A stretch of DNA of 46,914 bases from Patescibacteria group bacterium. Its GTDB lineage: Bacteria > Patescibacteriota > Patescibacteriia > WFTA01 > S139-112. The notes below the pieces were generated by a model. The model saw only the letters and a list, made by a program, of their open reading frames with translations, was not told the DNA's origin and did not search any database. The position numbers were made by a program, and so were the translations under genes. Shown piece after piece: positions 39,114 to 46,775 of the stretch. The stretch spans positions 1-46,914 of the forward strand of contig WFTA01000039.1 in NCBI GenBank assembly GCA_015485715.1, read 5' to 3'. Numbering within the stretch: the first letter of the stretch is position 1; every line of letters starts with the position of its first letter.

Positions 39114-40614
39114 AAATACAATATACCTGACACTTATTGCTGCAGTATCAGCATTATTTAAAATCGGGCTGGCCTTAAAATGGAAAGGGATGCTCTTTGA
39201 TGATATGGTATCAGTATATATAGCCAGGCAATCATTAAGTAATATATGGACATATCTTCAATGGGAAATGCATCCTCCCCTCCATTATCTGTATCTTCAC
39301 TTCTGGATAAATGTATTTGGCGACAGTGATGTAATTATGAGAATTTCAACAATATTTATAAGTATCATCAGTATATTCATAATATACCTTTTAACCAAAA
39401 AAATATCCCAAAACAGCCAAGCTGCTGTACTGGCAGCATTTTTTACTGCCTTTTCTTCATACCAAATCTATTTCTCAACATGGATAAGAATGTATGCTCT
39501 CTTATTTTTTCTTGCGTCATTGTCATTTCTTATATTTTTATATGCTGTTGAAAAAAATAAAAAATCCCTGTGGATACTTTTAACTATTGTCCAAACTTTA
39601 GCTGTCTATACCCATCTTACTGCAATTTTCATATTTATCATAGAGGCCATATACATTTTGTTTTTAAAATATAAGAAAACAATAAAGATCAACACAATAT
39701 ACAAATGGTTTTTATCAGGATTTGTTTCTTTCCTGCTCTTTCTTCCTTGGTTATACAACTTTATAAGTGTCAGGTTAAAAATCTTTCCCTCAAATTCATG
39801 GTATTTTTGGGCAGAAGGATATGATTCTTATTTTTTAACTATTCCTGTCAAGTTTCAATTTGCCGGCGTGGAAAACAACATACTTGATCTTTTGGGAACT
39901 ATAATCGTCATAATAGGGATTATATTTTTTATTTTTGATTTCAAAATAACCGATAAAAAAATAACATCTACAGTCTATGATTTAAAAAACATCATCCTTC
40001 CTTTGAGTATACTGTTTATACCATTATTAATATTTTTTATATTTAAAATAAACACCCTTAGATTTATGTTTATATCATCCATTGGTCTGTATATAATCAT
40101 TGGAATCGGACTGTTTAGAATTATACAAAAAACCAAAATTCCATCATTTTATATCTACTCATTTTTTGTATCTATCATAATTTTGGTCTTTGTATCCCTA
40201 TACTCAACTGACTATACCATAGGGTGGAAAAAAATAATCAATTTTATAAATCAAAACTCTACAAGGAACGAACTCATCCTGGCCAGTCATCCGTTTCAAC
40301 TGCTGCCCTTTTATACTCTATATACCGGAAAGTTGCCCTACATATCATATATACAGGAAGATATCAAAACCAATAATTTGGTAGTAGATATTCTCAAAAC
40401 AAATTTTTATCCTGTATTTACAGAAGATAATGTAAATAAAATAGATGACCTTACAAAAGATTATGACAGGATATTCCTAATCAGAACAGATAAATTCTTT
40501 ACATATTCAAACAGACTTGTATTTGAATATTTAATCTTAAAAGGATGGAAACCTAAAAAAAATCTGAAAATTAAGACATTCACAGAACCGGAGGTATGGA
40601 TACTTGAAAAATAA
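39094..40614 (+). CDS. GT-C fold membrane glycosyltransferase (PMT_2/ArnT-like, GT39/GT83 type)
   Basis: 506 aa with more than 10 hydrophobic helices. Acidic first-loop motif (MLFDDMVSVYIARQ). Overlaps the upstream GT2 gene by 20 nt. Confidence 0.7.
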   Translation: MNIVKYKNTIYLTLIAAVSALFKIGLALKWKGMLFDDMVSVYIARQSLSNIWTYLQWEMHPPLHYLYLHFWINVFGDSDVIMRISTIFISIISIFIIYLLTKKISQNSQAAVLAAFFTAFSSYQIYFSTWIRMYALLFFLASLSFLIFLYAVEKNKKSLWILLTIVQTLAVYTHLTAIFIFIIEAIYILFLKYKKTIKINTIYKWFLSGFVSFLLFLPWLYNFISVRLKIFPSNSWYFWAEGYDSYFLTIPVKFQFAGVENNILDLLGTIIVIIGIIFFIFDFKITDKKITSTVYDLKNIILPLSILFIPLLIFFIFKINTLRFMFISSIGLYIIIGIGLFRIIQKTKIPSFYIYSFFVSIIILVFVSLYSTDYTIGWKKIINFINQNSTRNELILASHPFQLLPFYTLYTGKLPYISYIQEDIKTNNLVVDILKTNFYPVFTEDNVNKIDDLTKDYDRIFLIRTDKFFTYSNRLVFEYLILKGWKPKKNLKIKTFTEPEVWILEK

Positions 40615-41061
40615 TTATCTGGAAGCAATAAGAGTATTCTGACGGATATTATAGGTGCTTTTGTCTTTTGCTTCCTCTATGGATTTGTTTATGATATTGA
40701 ATACCATTACCACTATAGCATAGGATAAAACAATGATAATAAGTCCAATAGACGCATTGGTAATAAGCTTGGTACCCTTTTGTGATCTATCACTATTACC
40801 CCCTGATGTCATCCACATAAACCCTCCATATAATACTATAGCAAAAAATAGTATTCCCAAAAATGTCAAAGCTGATTTTATCAATGTAAGAATAACCACT
40901 CTTAAATCAGATCTATATATTTTCAAATCTAATGGTGTAACACTGTCCACATTCTCTATAATAGTGTCTTTGGGTTGAGCATAGGCAGGATCATTCACTG
41001 TATATACTAAAAAGACCGCAAAGATGAGGATAAATAAAATTAAAATTGCAACTTTTTTCAT
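40615..41061 (-). CDS. T4SS-type (VirB2/TrbC-like, CPR 'T4SS_pilin') pilin paralog P1
   Basis: 148 aa. Signal peptide ending AYAQ and core YGGFMWMTSGGNSDRSQKGTKLITNASIGLIIIVLSYAIV. Confidence 0.72.
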   Translation of the reverse strand: MKKVAILILFILIFAVFLVYTVNDPAYAQPKDTIIENVDSVTPLDLKIYRSDLRVVILTLIKSALTFLGILFFAIVLYGGFMWMTSGGNSDRSQKGTKLITNASIGLIIIVLSYAIVVMVFNIINKSIEEAKDKSTYNIRQNTLIASR

Positions 41062-41071
41062 ATATCCAAAA

Positions 41072-41428
41072 TTACTTTATAAGCTCAGTAAACACAAACT
41101 TAGTGATTGCATAAGCAGACATTATAATAATAACACCTATAACTCCGCTTTTGATAAACCCTGTACCTTTTTTGGCCTTATCAGAGTCACCGCCTGATGT
41201 CATCCACAGAAAACCTCCATATATAGTCAAGATTAAAAAAATAACTCCTATAAATGCAATAACAGTGCTTAAAATATCTCCTATTAAAACTTTAATATCA
41301 GATCTTTTATTCAACCCTGCAGCTCCTGCTGCCTCATCAAGTCCGTATTGAGCAAAAGTGATATAAGGATAATACAATAAAAACAATATAATAAAATAAT
41401 TTGTTATTTTTCTAAACATACTAATCAT
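41072..41428 (-). CDS. T4SS-type pilin paralog P2
   Basis: 118 aa. Signal peptide ending TFAQ and core YGGFLWMTSGGDSDKAKKGTGFIKSGVIGVIIIMSAYAI. Confidence 0.75.
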   Translation of the reverse strand: MISMFRKITNYFIILFLLYYPYITFAQYGLDEAAGAAGLNKRSDIKVLIGDILSTVIAFIGVIFLILTIYGGFLWMTSGGDSDKAKKGTGFIKSGVIGVIIIMSAYAITKFVFTELIK

Positions 41429-41456
41429 ATTATCAATCTGATAATATTATATCATA

Positions 41457-42419
41457 TTAGTATATACAAGTACAATTCACGCATTGACTCTTGAAACCAC
41501 CACCACAATCGCTATCTTGTTCACATTCTTCTCCACCTTCTATTACACCATCTCCACATATAGCTCTTCTTTCACAACACTCCAATCCTGATCCAGAGCA
41601 TGTACCAAAAGCTACCTCTGCACACTCACCAACAGGAACACATCCTGCGGTTCCAGTACAAGTCTTCTCACAGCATACATTTCCTCCAAAACATGACATA
41701 TCTGATCTTAAGCTGTATTCAGGAGGGCACTTGGACATACAGTCAAATATACATGTTTTTGGAGATGGAGAAGGTAAAGATTTTGTAGGGACTGGCTTAC
41801 TACAGCATACAAATGCAGGATCACCGCAAGCACCAACTTTTGAAACCACTTCACACCCTTCTTTAGGCACGCACCCATAATTAGTTAAACATCTATCAGC
41901 AGCTGCACAACATACATATGATGAAGACGGACAAGAGCCGCCTTCCACAGGAACACTGCAGCCAAACCTTGGTACACAGCCTAATACTGCCTCTGAAGGA
42001 CAGGCACCTATAACACTTGATTCCTCTTCATCTCCTAATAATATATTTGAAAATACAAAATTAACCATGGCATATGAAGAAAATACAATGACAATTCCAA
42101 TCACTCCGTTTTTTATGAAGCCTGCTCCTTTTTTTGCCTTTTCAGGATCCCCGGCTGACGTCATCCATAAAAACCCTCCAAATATGGTCAGGACTAAAAA
42201 AAGAACCCCTATCCAGACTATAATCTCACCTATTATTTCACCGGTTGTGACTGTCAATGGTTTATTCTTTTTAATTGCTGCTTCAGTGGCTGCTATGTCT
42301 AAATTTTGTGTATAATTAACAGCCTGAGCATTAGCCTTAGGTATATTGAAAACAAAAAAATAACTCATCAAAACAAGAAGTAAAAAAACACTGCAAATTT
42401 TATAAGATATCCCTCTCAT
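41457..42419 (-). CDS. T4SS-type pilin paralog P3 with a ~190-aa Cys-rich C-terminal extension
   Basis: 320 aa. Signal peptide ending ANAQ and core FGGFLWMTSAGDPEKAKKGAGFIKNGVIGIVIVFSSYAM. This is followed by four 6-Cys modules and a CGDG...EEC...DC tail. Confidence 0.75.
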   Translation of the reverse strand: MRGISYKICSVFLLLVLMSYFFVFNIPKANAQAVNYTQNLDIAATEAAIKKNKPLTVTTGEIIGEIIVWIGVLFLVLTIFGGFLWMTSAGDPEKAKKGAGFIKNGVIGIVIVFSSYAMVNFVFSNILLGDEEESSVIGACPSEAVLGCVPRFGCSVPVEGGSCPSSSYVCCAAADRCLTNYGCVPKEGCEVVSKVGACGDPAFVCCSKPVPTKSLPSPSPKTCIFDCMSKCPPEYSLRSDMSCFGGNVCCEKTCTGTAGCVPVGECAEVAFGTCSGSGLECCERRAICGDGVIEGGEECEQDSDCGGGFKSQCVNCTCIY

Positions 42420-42442
42420 CTGATATGTTTAATTCTAAAAAT

Positions 42443-42470
42443 ATTATATCAAAATATAAAATAAAAACAA
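42443..42470 (-). promoter_or_regulatory. Candidate promoter for P3-P2-P1 (TTGTTT-N16-TGaTATAAT, extended -10)
   Basis: Read on the minus strand between the P4 terminator and the P3 ATG at 42419. Confidence 0.45.
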
Positions 42471-42471
42471 T

Positions 42472-42499
42472 AAAAGCCCCGGCTTGCGCCGGAGCTTTT
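42472..42499 (-). terminator. Intrinsic terminator downstream of P4
   Basis: Minus strand: AAAAGCTCCGGC-gcaa-GCCGGGGCTTTT followed by ATTGTTTTTATTTT. A GC-rich stem in AT-rich DNA. Confidence 0.8.
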
Positions 42500-42520
42500 G
42501 TAATAACATCCAAAAACTTA

Positions 42521-42901
42521 TTAAGTAGCTGCCTGTTCCAAAATATTGAATACAAAAGTTACAATAGCAAATGCTAAGAATATGATAATAAGACCTATTA
42601 CACCGTTGATTATAAACTTTCTACCTTTTCCAGCCTGCTCATCATTGCCCCCCGCTGTCATCCAGAGGAAACCTCCGAAAAGAACCAAAATCAAGAATAT
42701 AATACCAAGAACACCCAGCAAGACATTAATCAAATTAATCAACACCTCTCTTAAATCACCTCTTGGTAAATCAGAGGCACCCAAATAAGAGGTTCCAAAA
42801 TCAGGAGTTCCTCCTCCCTGTGCCAACACTGCTGCTGGCAATACAAAAACAAATAAACTCAAAACAAATGCTGTTATATGTTTTACGAATCTATTTTTCA
42901 T
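42521..42901 (-). CDS. T4SS-type pilin paralog P4
   Basis: 126 aa. Signal peptide ending VLAQ and core FGGFLWMTAGGNDEQAGKGRKFIINGVIGLIIIFLAFAI. Confidence 0.75.
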   Translation of the reverse strand: MKNRFVKHITAFVLSLFVFVLPAAVLAQGGGTPDFGTSYLGASDLPRGDLREVLINLINVLLGVLGIIFLILVLFGGFLWMTAGGNDEQAGKGRKFIINGVIGLIIIFLAFAIVTFVFNILEQAAT

Positions 42902-42984
42902 ATATTTATGTATAAATTACACAAAAATTTTTGTCCCCGACCTTTGAAGTATTAATTGTTTACTGTGGATAACTAACTAATTCT

Positions 42985-42993
42985 ATTATAACA
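42985..42993 (-). promoter_or_regulatory. Candidate extended -10 element (TGTTATAAT) upstream of P4
   Basis: Perfect TGnTATAAT on the minus strand, ~85 nt upstream of the P4 ATG. No convincing -35 element. Confidence 0.35.
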
Positions 42994-43026
42994 AAAAAAA
43001 GAAAAAAATAAAATAAACTATAGTAT

Positions 43027-43497
43027 CTACAAATCATTCTTCTGTTTTTGATCCTGTAAAAATCTGTTATAATCTTGAACATTTTTTTGCAACAACACAT
43101 TACCTATAACCCTAATGATTGTAAATGCACTTAAAATCAATATAATACCAATAACTGTATTTACAAGTATATTCTTTCCCTTTTCAACTCTTTGAGATGA
43201 GCCTGCTGAAGTTAAAAATACAAACCCGCCGTAAATAAAATAAGCAAATGCAGCCACACTCATAACAGCTAATATCCACTGTAAAATATTTATTGCAGTC
43301 TGAATAAAACTGTTTACAGTACAGTCAGCAGGATTTATGCCTGCACAATCTATTGATACAAGTCCTTCAAATTCTTTAGGCTTCTCTGATGCAGGAGGTG
43401 TATTGCCCTGCGAATATACAACATCTATATTGCTGTTATATGCAAAAATCAAGAGAAAAACAGGAATAATAAATATTAAGACAACTTTTCTGTACAT
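43027..43497 (-). CDS. T4SS-type pilin paralog P5 (most divergent)
   Basis: 156 aa. Signal peptide ending VYSQ and core YGGFVFLTSAGSSQRVEKGKNILVNTVIGIILILSAFTI. The ectodomain carries a Cys pair (DCAGINPADC). Confidence 0.65.
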   Translation of the reverse strand: MYRKVVLIFIIPVFLLIFAYNSNIDVVYSQGNTPPASEKPKEFEGLVSIDCAGINPADCTVNSFIQTAINILQWILAVMSVAAFAYFIYGGFVFLTSAGSSQRVEKGKNILVNTVIGIILILSAFTIIRVIGNVLLQKNVQDYNRFLQDQKQKNDL

Positions 43498-43498
43498 A

Positions 43499-44902
43499 TC
43501 AAAATGTTTGATTTACCAATCTTTCAGCCTCTATAATGGCCTTCTGGGGTGTTAATTCACCATTAGTAACCTTTAGTATCATATCCTTAAATATTTTCTC
43601 AACAGCAGATATATTCCTGCCGCGATACCAACTCATTGCCGTAAGAGCCTGATTTGCAAATACAGACATCTCCGGATCAAGGATTTGCTTAGCTATTATA
43701 CTCCTTAAAGCAGCCGGTTTACCGGATCTTTCTAGATATTTTTTTACGACCTCCTGACGAGTTGTTGCAAAATTTACAAAATCCCATGCATAGTCTGAAT
43801 TTGCACTGGTTTTGGCAACAGCCAGTCCCCAAAAACTCCCCCAATTCACACTTGTCCCTGTAGCATCAGTTCCATTGGCATTTATATGCGGAACAGGTGC
43901 TATACCTAAATCTATCTTAGGTGCAAGAGACCTGATAATAGGTTTTTGATATGAATACCCTATCATCATAGCCAATCTCCCGCTTGCAAACATCTCAACT
44001 GCCTGTGGAAAATTCTCAGACCATGTGTATATTGCTTTTGCTGGATTGGCAAAATCTGTATAAAATCGCAGTGCTTCCTGACCGGGTCTGAAATCTCTAT
44101 TTGCAGAATATGCGCTTCTTCTTGCAAAAGTAGCAGTATAACCGTCCGGAGTTGTAAACTGAGTTCCGTTTTGAGCCATCAAAAGAGACAAAATATCAAA
44201 ACTTCTGTTTATATTATATGCTCCACCCAATGCAATAGCAGACTGAAGAATGTTCCCGTCTTCGTCATACTTGGTTAATTTCCTAGATATATTTGCAACC
44301 TCAACCCAGCTTTTCGGAGGTACGACAATGCCCGCTTGATCAAGAAGCAGTCTGTTATAATACAAAACAAGAGTGTCTACAGATACGGGAAGGGCCCATA
44401 CCTTGTTATCACTTACTGCATTTTCATAAACAATCTGAACAAATCTGTCTTTTACTTCTAATGGTCTTAAGAATTTAACATTCTCAAATCCATATTTAAC
44501 TTTCTTCTTCAATCCGCCTGTCACTTCTCCTACAGGAATTTCCTTAACACCTTCAGGTGCAGGCGCAAGCTTCGTCTTATAACCACCCACCCAAGTATTA
44601 TGAACCATAATTATGTCGGGACCCCTGCCTTCTGCCCACGCATCCAGAAGTTCTCTTTCGTAATTCTCAAATTTAATTTTCCTGTAATTTATATCTACAT
44701 TTAATCTACTCTTTCTGTATGATTGTATAACAGGCTCCCAATCATAATTAGTATCAAAAACACCCCAAAACTCCAAAGTAACTTTGTTTTTCATCATCCT
44801 CTTTGCCCTTACAGAATCAGATACGCACCCCGCTCCCAATAAAAAAACCAGCAAAAAACTGGCTATAGTGAATAATATCCTGTTTTTTCTACCTTTCGTC
44901 AT
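43499..44902 (-). CDS. Extracellular solute-binding lipoprotein (ABC-transporter SBP, family 1 sugar type)
   Basis: The track start at 44953 is a TTG inside a TTGAAAATT repeat. The ATG at 44902 gives MTKGRKNRILFTIASFLLVFLLGAGC, a lipoprotein signal. The body is typical of sugar SBPs (TLEFWGVF..., PDIIMVHNTW). Confidence 0.75.
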   Translation of the reverse strand: MTKGRKNRILFTIASFLLVFLLGAGCVSDSVRAKRMMKNKVTLEFWGVFDTNYDWEPVIQSYRKSRLNVDINYRKIKFENYERELLDAWAEGRGPDIIMVHNTWVGGYKTKLAPAPEGVKEIPVGEVTGGLKKKVKYGFENVKFLRPLEVKDRFVQIVYENAVSDNKVWALPVSVDTLVLYYNRLLLDQAGIVVPPKSWVEVANISRKLTKYDEDGNILQSAIALGGAYNINRSFDILSLLMAQNGTQFTTPDGYTATFARRSAYSANRDFRPGQEALRFYTDFANPAKAIYTWSENFPQAVEMFASGRLAMMIGYSYQKPIIRSLAPKIDLGIAPVPHINANGTDATGTSVNWGSFWGLAVAKTSANSDYAWDFVNFATTRQEVVKKYLERSGKPAALRSIIAKQILDPEMSVFANQALTAMSWYRGRNISAVEKIFKDMILKVTNGELTPQKAIIEAERLVNQTF

Positions 44903-45198
44903 ACATCTAAATAATACCACAAAACAAAGAATAAAACAATAAACAATTTTCAATCCCGGTCATAACGACGGGATAAATAATCAATTTTCAATTTACCAAT
45001 TTTTCAATCAATTATTTAATTATCCAATGAATTAAATCCTAAACTCTGCATCAAAATCAGTGTATATTTATAGTTTAAACCATTAAGTCATTAAATAATT
45101 GAAAATTTGAAAATCATTGTTGGTTATTGTTCAGGATTTCGGACTTTTAAATCTAAGATGATAAAAATACAGGCAAATCAGACTGCTCACCTCCCTCA

Positions 45199-45795
45199 TC
45201 ATTGTACACTCTTTAAAAGATTATTCAAAATATTATTCTGCCTTCTATACGCCCATCTTACAAACAAATCAACAAAAAAGTTATACTCACCTTTTTTAAT
45301 ACTCCATATTCCATGATCGAGAAGATATATGTTTTCTGTCTTATCTTCCAGAATTATATTTGCAAATTCCCTCACTCTAGTAAATCCAGATAAATTCCAA
45401 ATGCCAAGTATATCAAGACTCATGCCCTCATTTTTCACCATTTCTCTATTTCTATTTAAAAGATAAAAAAACTTCTCCCTTATTCTGTCAGAATACAGAT
45501 CGTCGTATCTTAGATGCCTGCCTTTTACATATCTCTCTACAATTACATATGATGGCATAATACCTCTTCTCTTAAAGAAAACAATATCTTTCTCTATTAA
45601 AAACTCTGAAAAATAATTATTTATAATCCTGTCATATCGTTTTAAATTTTCGCAATGTCTTCCGGGACTAATAAGATATCTGGGACCTATAGGAAATTTT
45701 ATTACCTTATCAGTATCATAATAAAACACCATGTGTTCTCCGCCTACAGACAGAATTTTTCCTATCAACTCCTTGTTATATGGCTTATCTGCCAT
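45199..45795 (-). CDS. Small hypothetical protein, possibly with a protein-kinase-like fold
   Basis: The preferred ATG at 45795 (MADKPYNKE...) lies 1 nt after the upstream stop. Gly-loop-like SVGGEHMVFYY, DKVIKFP, and later IYLLDHG. The functional assignment is weak. Confidence 0.4.
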   Translation of the reverse strand: MADKPYNKELIGKILSVGGEHMVFYYDTDKVIKFPIGPRYLISPGRHCENLKRYDRIINNYFSEFLIEKDIVFFKRRGIMPSYVIVERYVKGRHLRYDDLYSDRIREKFFYLLNRNREMVKNEGMSLDILGIWNLSGFTRVREFANIILEDKTENIYLLDHGIWSIKKGEYNFFVDLFVRWAYRRQNNILNNLLKSVQ

Positions 45796-45796
45796 A

Positions 45797-46576
45797 CTAC
45801 TTGGTATTTCTAAGTTTCTGTAATTCTTCTTTAATAAGTGCAGAATCTGGCTTGGCTTCCAAAGCTTTTTCAAAATACAACACAGCATTCTTAGTATCAC
45901 CATCTTCTTTGTATATATCTGCCAAAAAAACAGCCAGATCATAATACCTGTCAGGATTTGCATCTATTCCTTCCTTTAAAATATTTTTGGCTTTTTCCCT
46001 GTCTTGAAGAAAATACAAAGCAAATTCAGCGTAATTTCTGTAATAATTGATATTAAAGGGCTCACCTTTAGAATTTTCTATTGCCTTTAGATAATTATAC
46101 TCTGCCTTTTCAGGGTTATACAGATTATAAGTATAAAGAGCGGCAAGATTCCCAAAAGATAGAGAGTTTTTGGGTCTAATTTCTGAAAGATACTCCCATG
46201 CATCGCGGGCTCCTTCATAATCACCAACCTGCATCTTGGCTTCTCCCAGCATCAGCCATCCGTTGAAATTATTATTATCTTCCTCAAGAATAGATTTAGC
46301 AGTTAAAAATCTTTGATAGAAAACATCTACTGTACTGGGATCAAGGCTTTCATCTTTCACCTTCCACTCGAAATATGTTTCTATACCCTGTACCGGCATC
46401 TGCTGCTCTTCAGATTTATCTTTAATCATTCCATAAATAACAATAAAAATTGCTACAACAGCAACTACAATCGCTCCTACCCACTTCCAGCCTAAATTTT
46501 TTTCATCATTACCATCTGTTCTTTTATTACCCAAACCCTGCACCTCAGATGACTGTTGTATGTTTTGTTGATCCAT
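45797..46576 (-). CDS. Membrane-anchored TPR-repeat protein
   Basis: 259 aa. TM helix WVGAIVVAVVAIFIVIYGMI, then TPR-like repeats (WLMLGEAKMQVGDYEGARDAWEYLSE..., YDLAVFLADIYKEDGDTKNAVLYFEKALE). Confidence 0.75.
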   Translation of the reverse strand: MDQQNIQQSSEVQGLGNKRTDGNDEKNLGWKWVGAIVVAVVAIFIVIYGMIKDKSEEQQMPVQGIETYFEWKVKDESLDPSTVDVFYQRFLTAKSILEEDNNNFNGWLMLGEAKMQVGDYEGARDAWEYLSEIRPKNSLSFGNLAALYTYNLYNPEKAEYNYLKAIENSKGEPFNINYYRNYAEFALYFLQDREKAKNILKEGIDANPDRYYDLAVFLADIYKEDGDTKNAVLYFEKALEAKPDSALIKEELQKLRNTK

Positions 46577-46630
46577 AAATAATAATAAATTCTAAATCCG
46601 AAATCCTAATTTAATAAATTTACCTTAATT

Positions 46631-46660
46631 TTGCCCAGAACTACGTAGAGTTCTGGGCAA
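46631..46660. promoter_or_regulatory. CCCAGAA/TTCTGGG-family palindrome (perfect 12-bp arms)
   Basis: TTGCCCAGAACT-acgtag-AGTTCTGGGCAA, 55 nt upstream of the TPR gene's ATG. Confidence 0.7.
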
Positions 46661-46668
46661 TCCAGTCC

Positions 46669-46775
46669 CACCCAGCTCCACTTTTTGAGGTAAATCTTGC
46701 TCTAAAGCCAATAGGTATATAATTTGCTTTAAAACAACATATCTGCAGATAATCTTGAAAAGTGGGGCTGGGTTG
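46669..46775 (+). repeat. TIR-element copy D
   Basis: CACCCAGCTCCACTTTTT...core...AAAAGTGGGGCTGGGTTG. The core has the same orientation as copy C, but the outer flanks are inverted relative to C. Confidence 0.9.

Noticed and set aside
42964-42972. Perfect DnaA-box consensus TTATCCACA (minus strand) in the P4 leader
   Set aside because: It is a single isolated 9-mer, which is expected by chance in ~94 kb of two-strand sequence. There is no cluster, no AT-rich unwinding element and no dnaA gene nearby.
45187-45195. Strong Shine-Dalgarno-like GGGAGGTGA (minus strand) right after the kinase-like ORF's stop
   Set aside because: Only a 16-codon CTG-initiated frame follows, and no ATG lies in range. 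It is probably chance, although it is notable because SD motifs are otherwise rare here.
45796-45963. N-terminal extension that makes the kinase-like ORF overlap the TPR gene by 167 nt. The upstream extensions 44903-44953 (SBP), 15293-15343 (rpoD) and 9502-9507 (clpC) are similar.
   Set aside because: These extensions use TTG or GTG starts, or they overlap the upstream gene. Internal ATGs give 1-nt spacing, a proper lipoprotein signal, or a canonical N-terminus.
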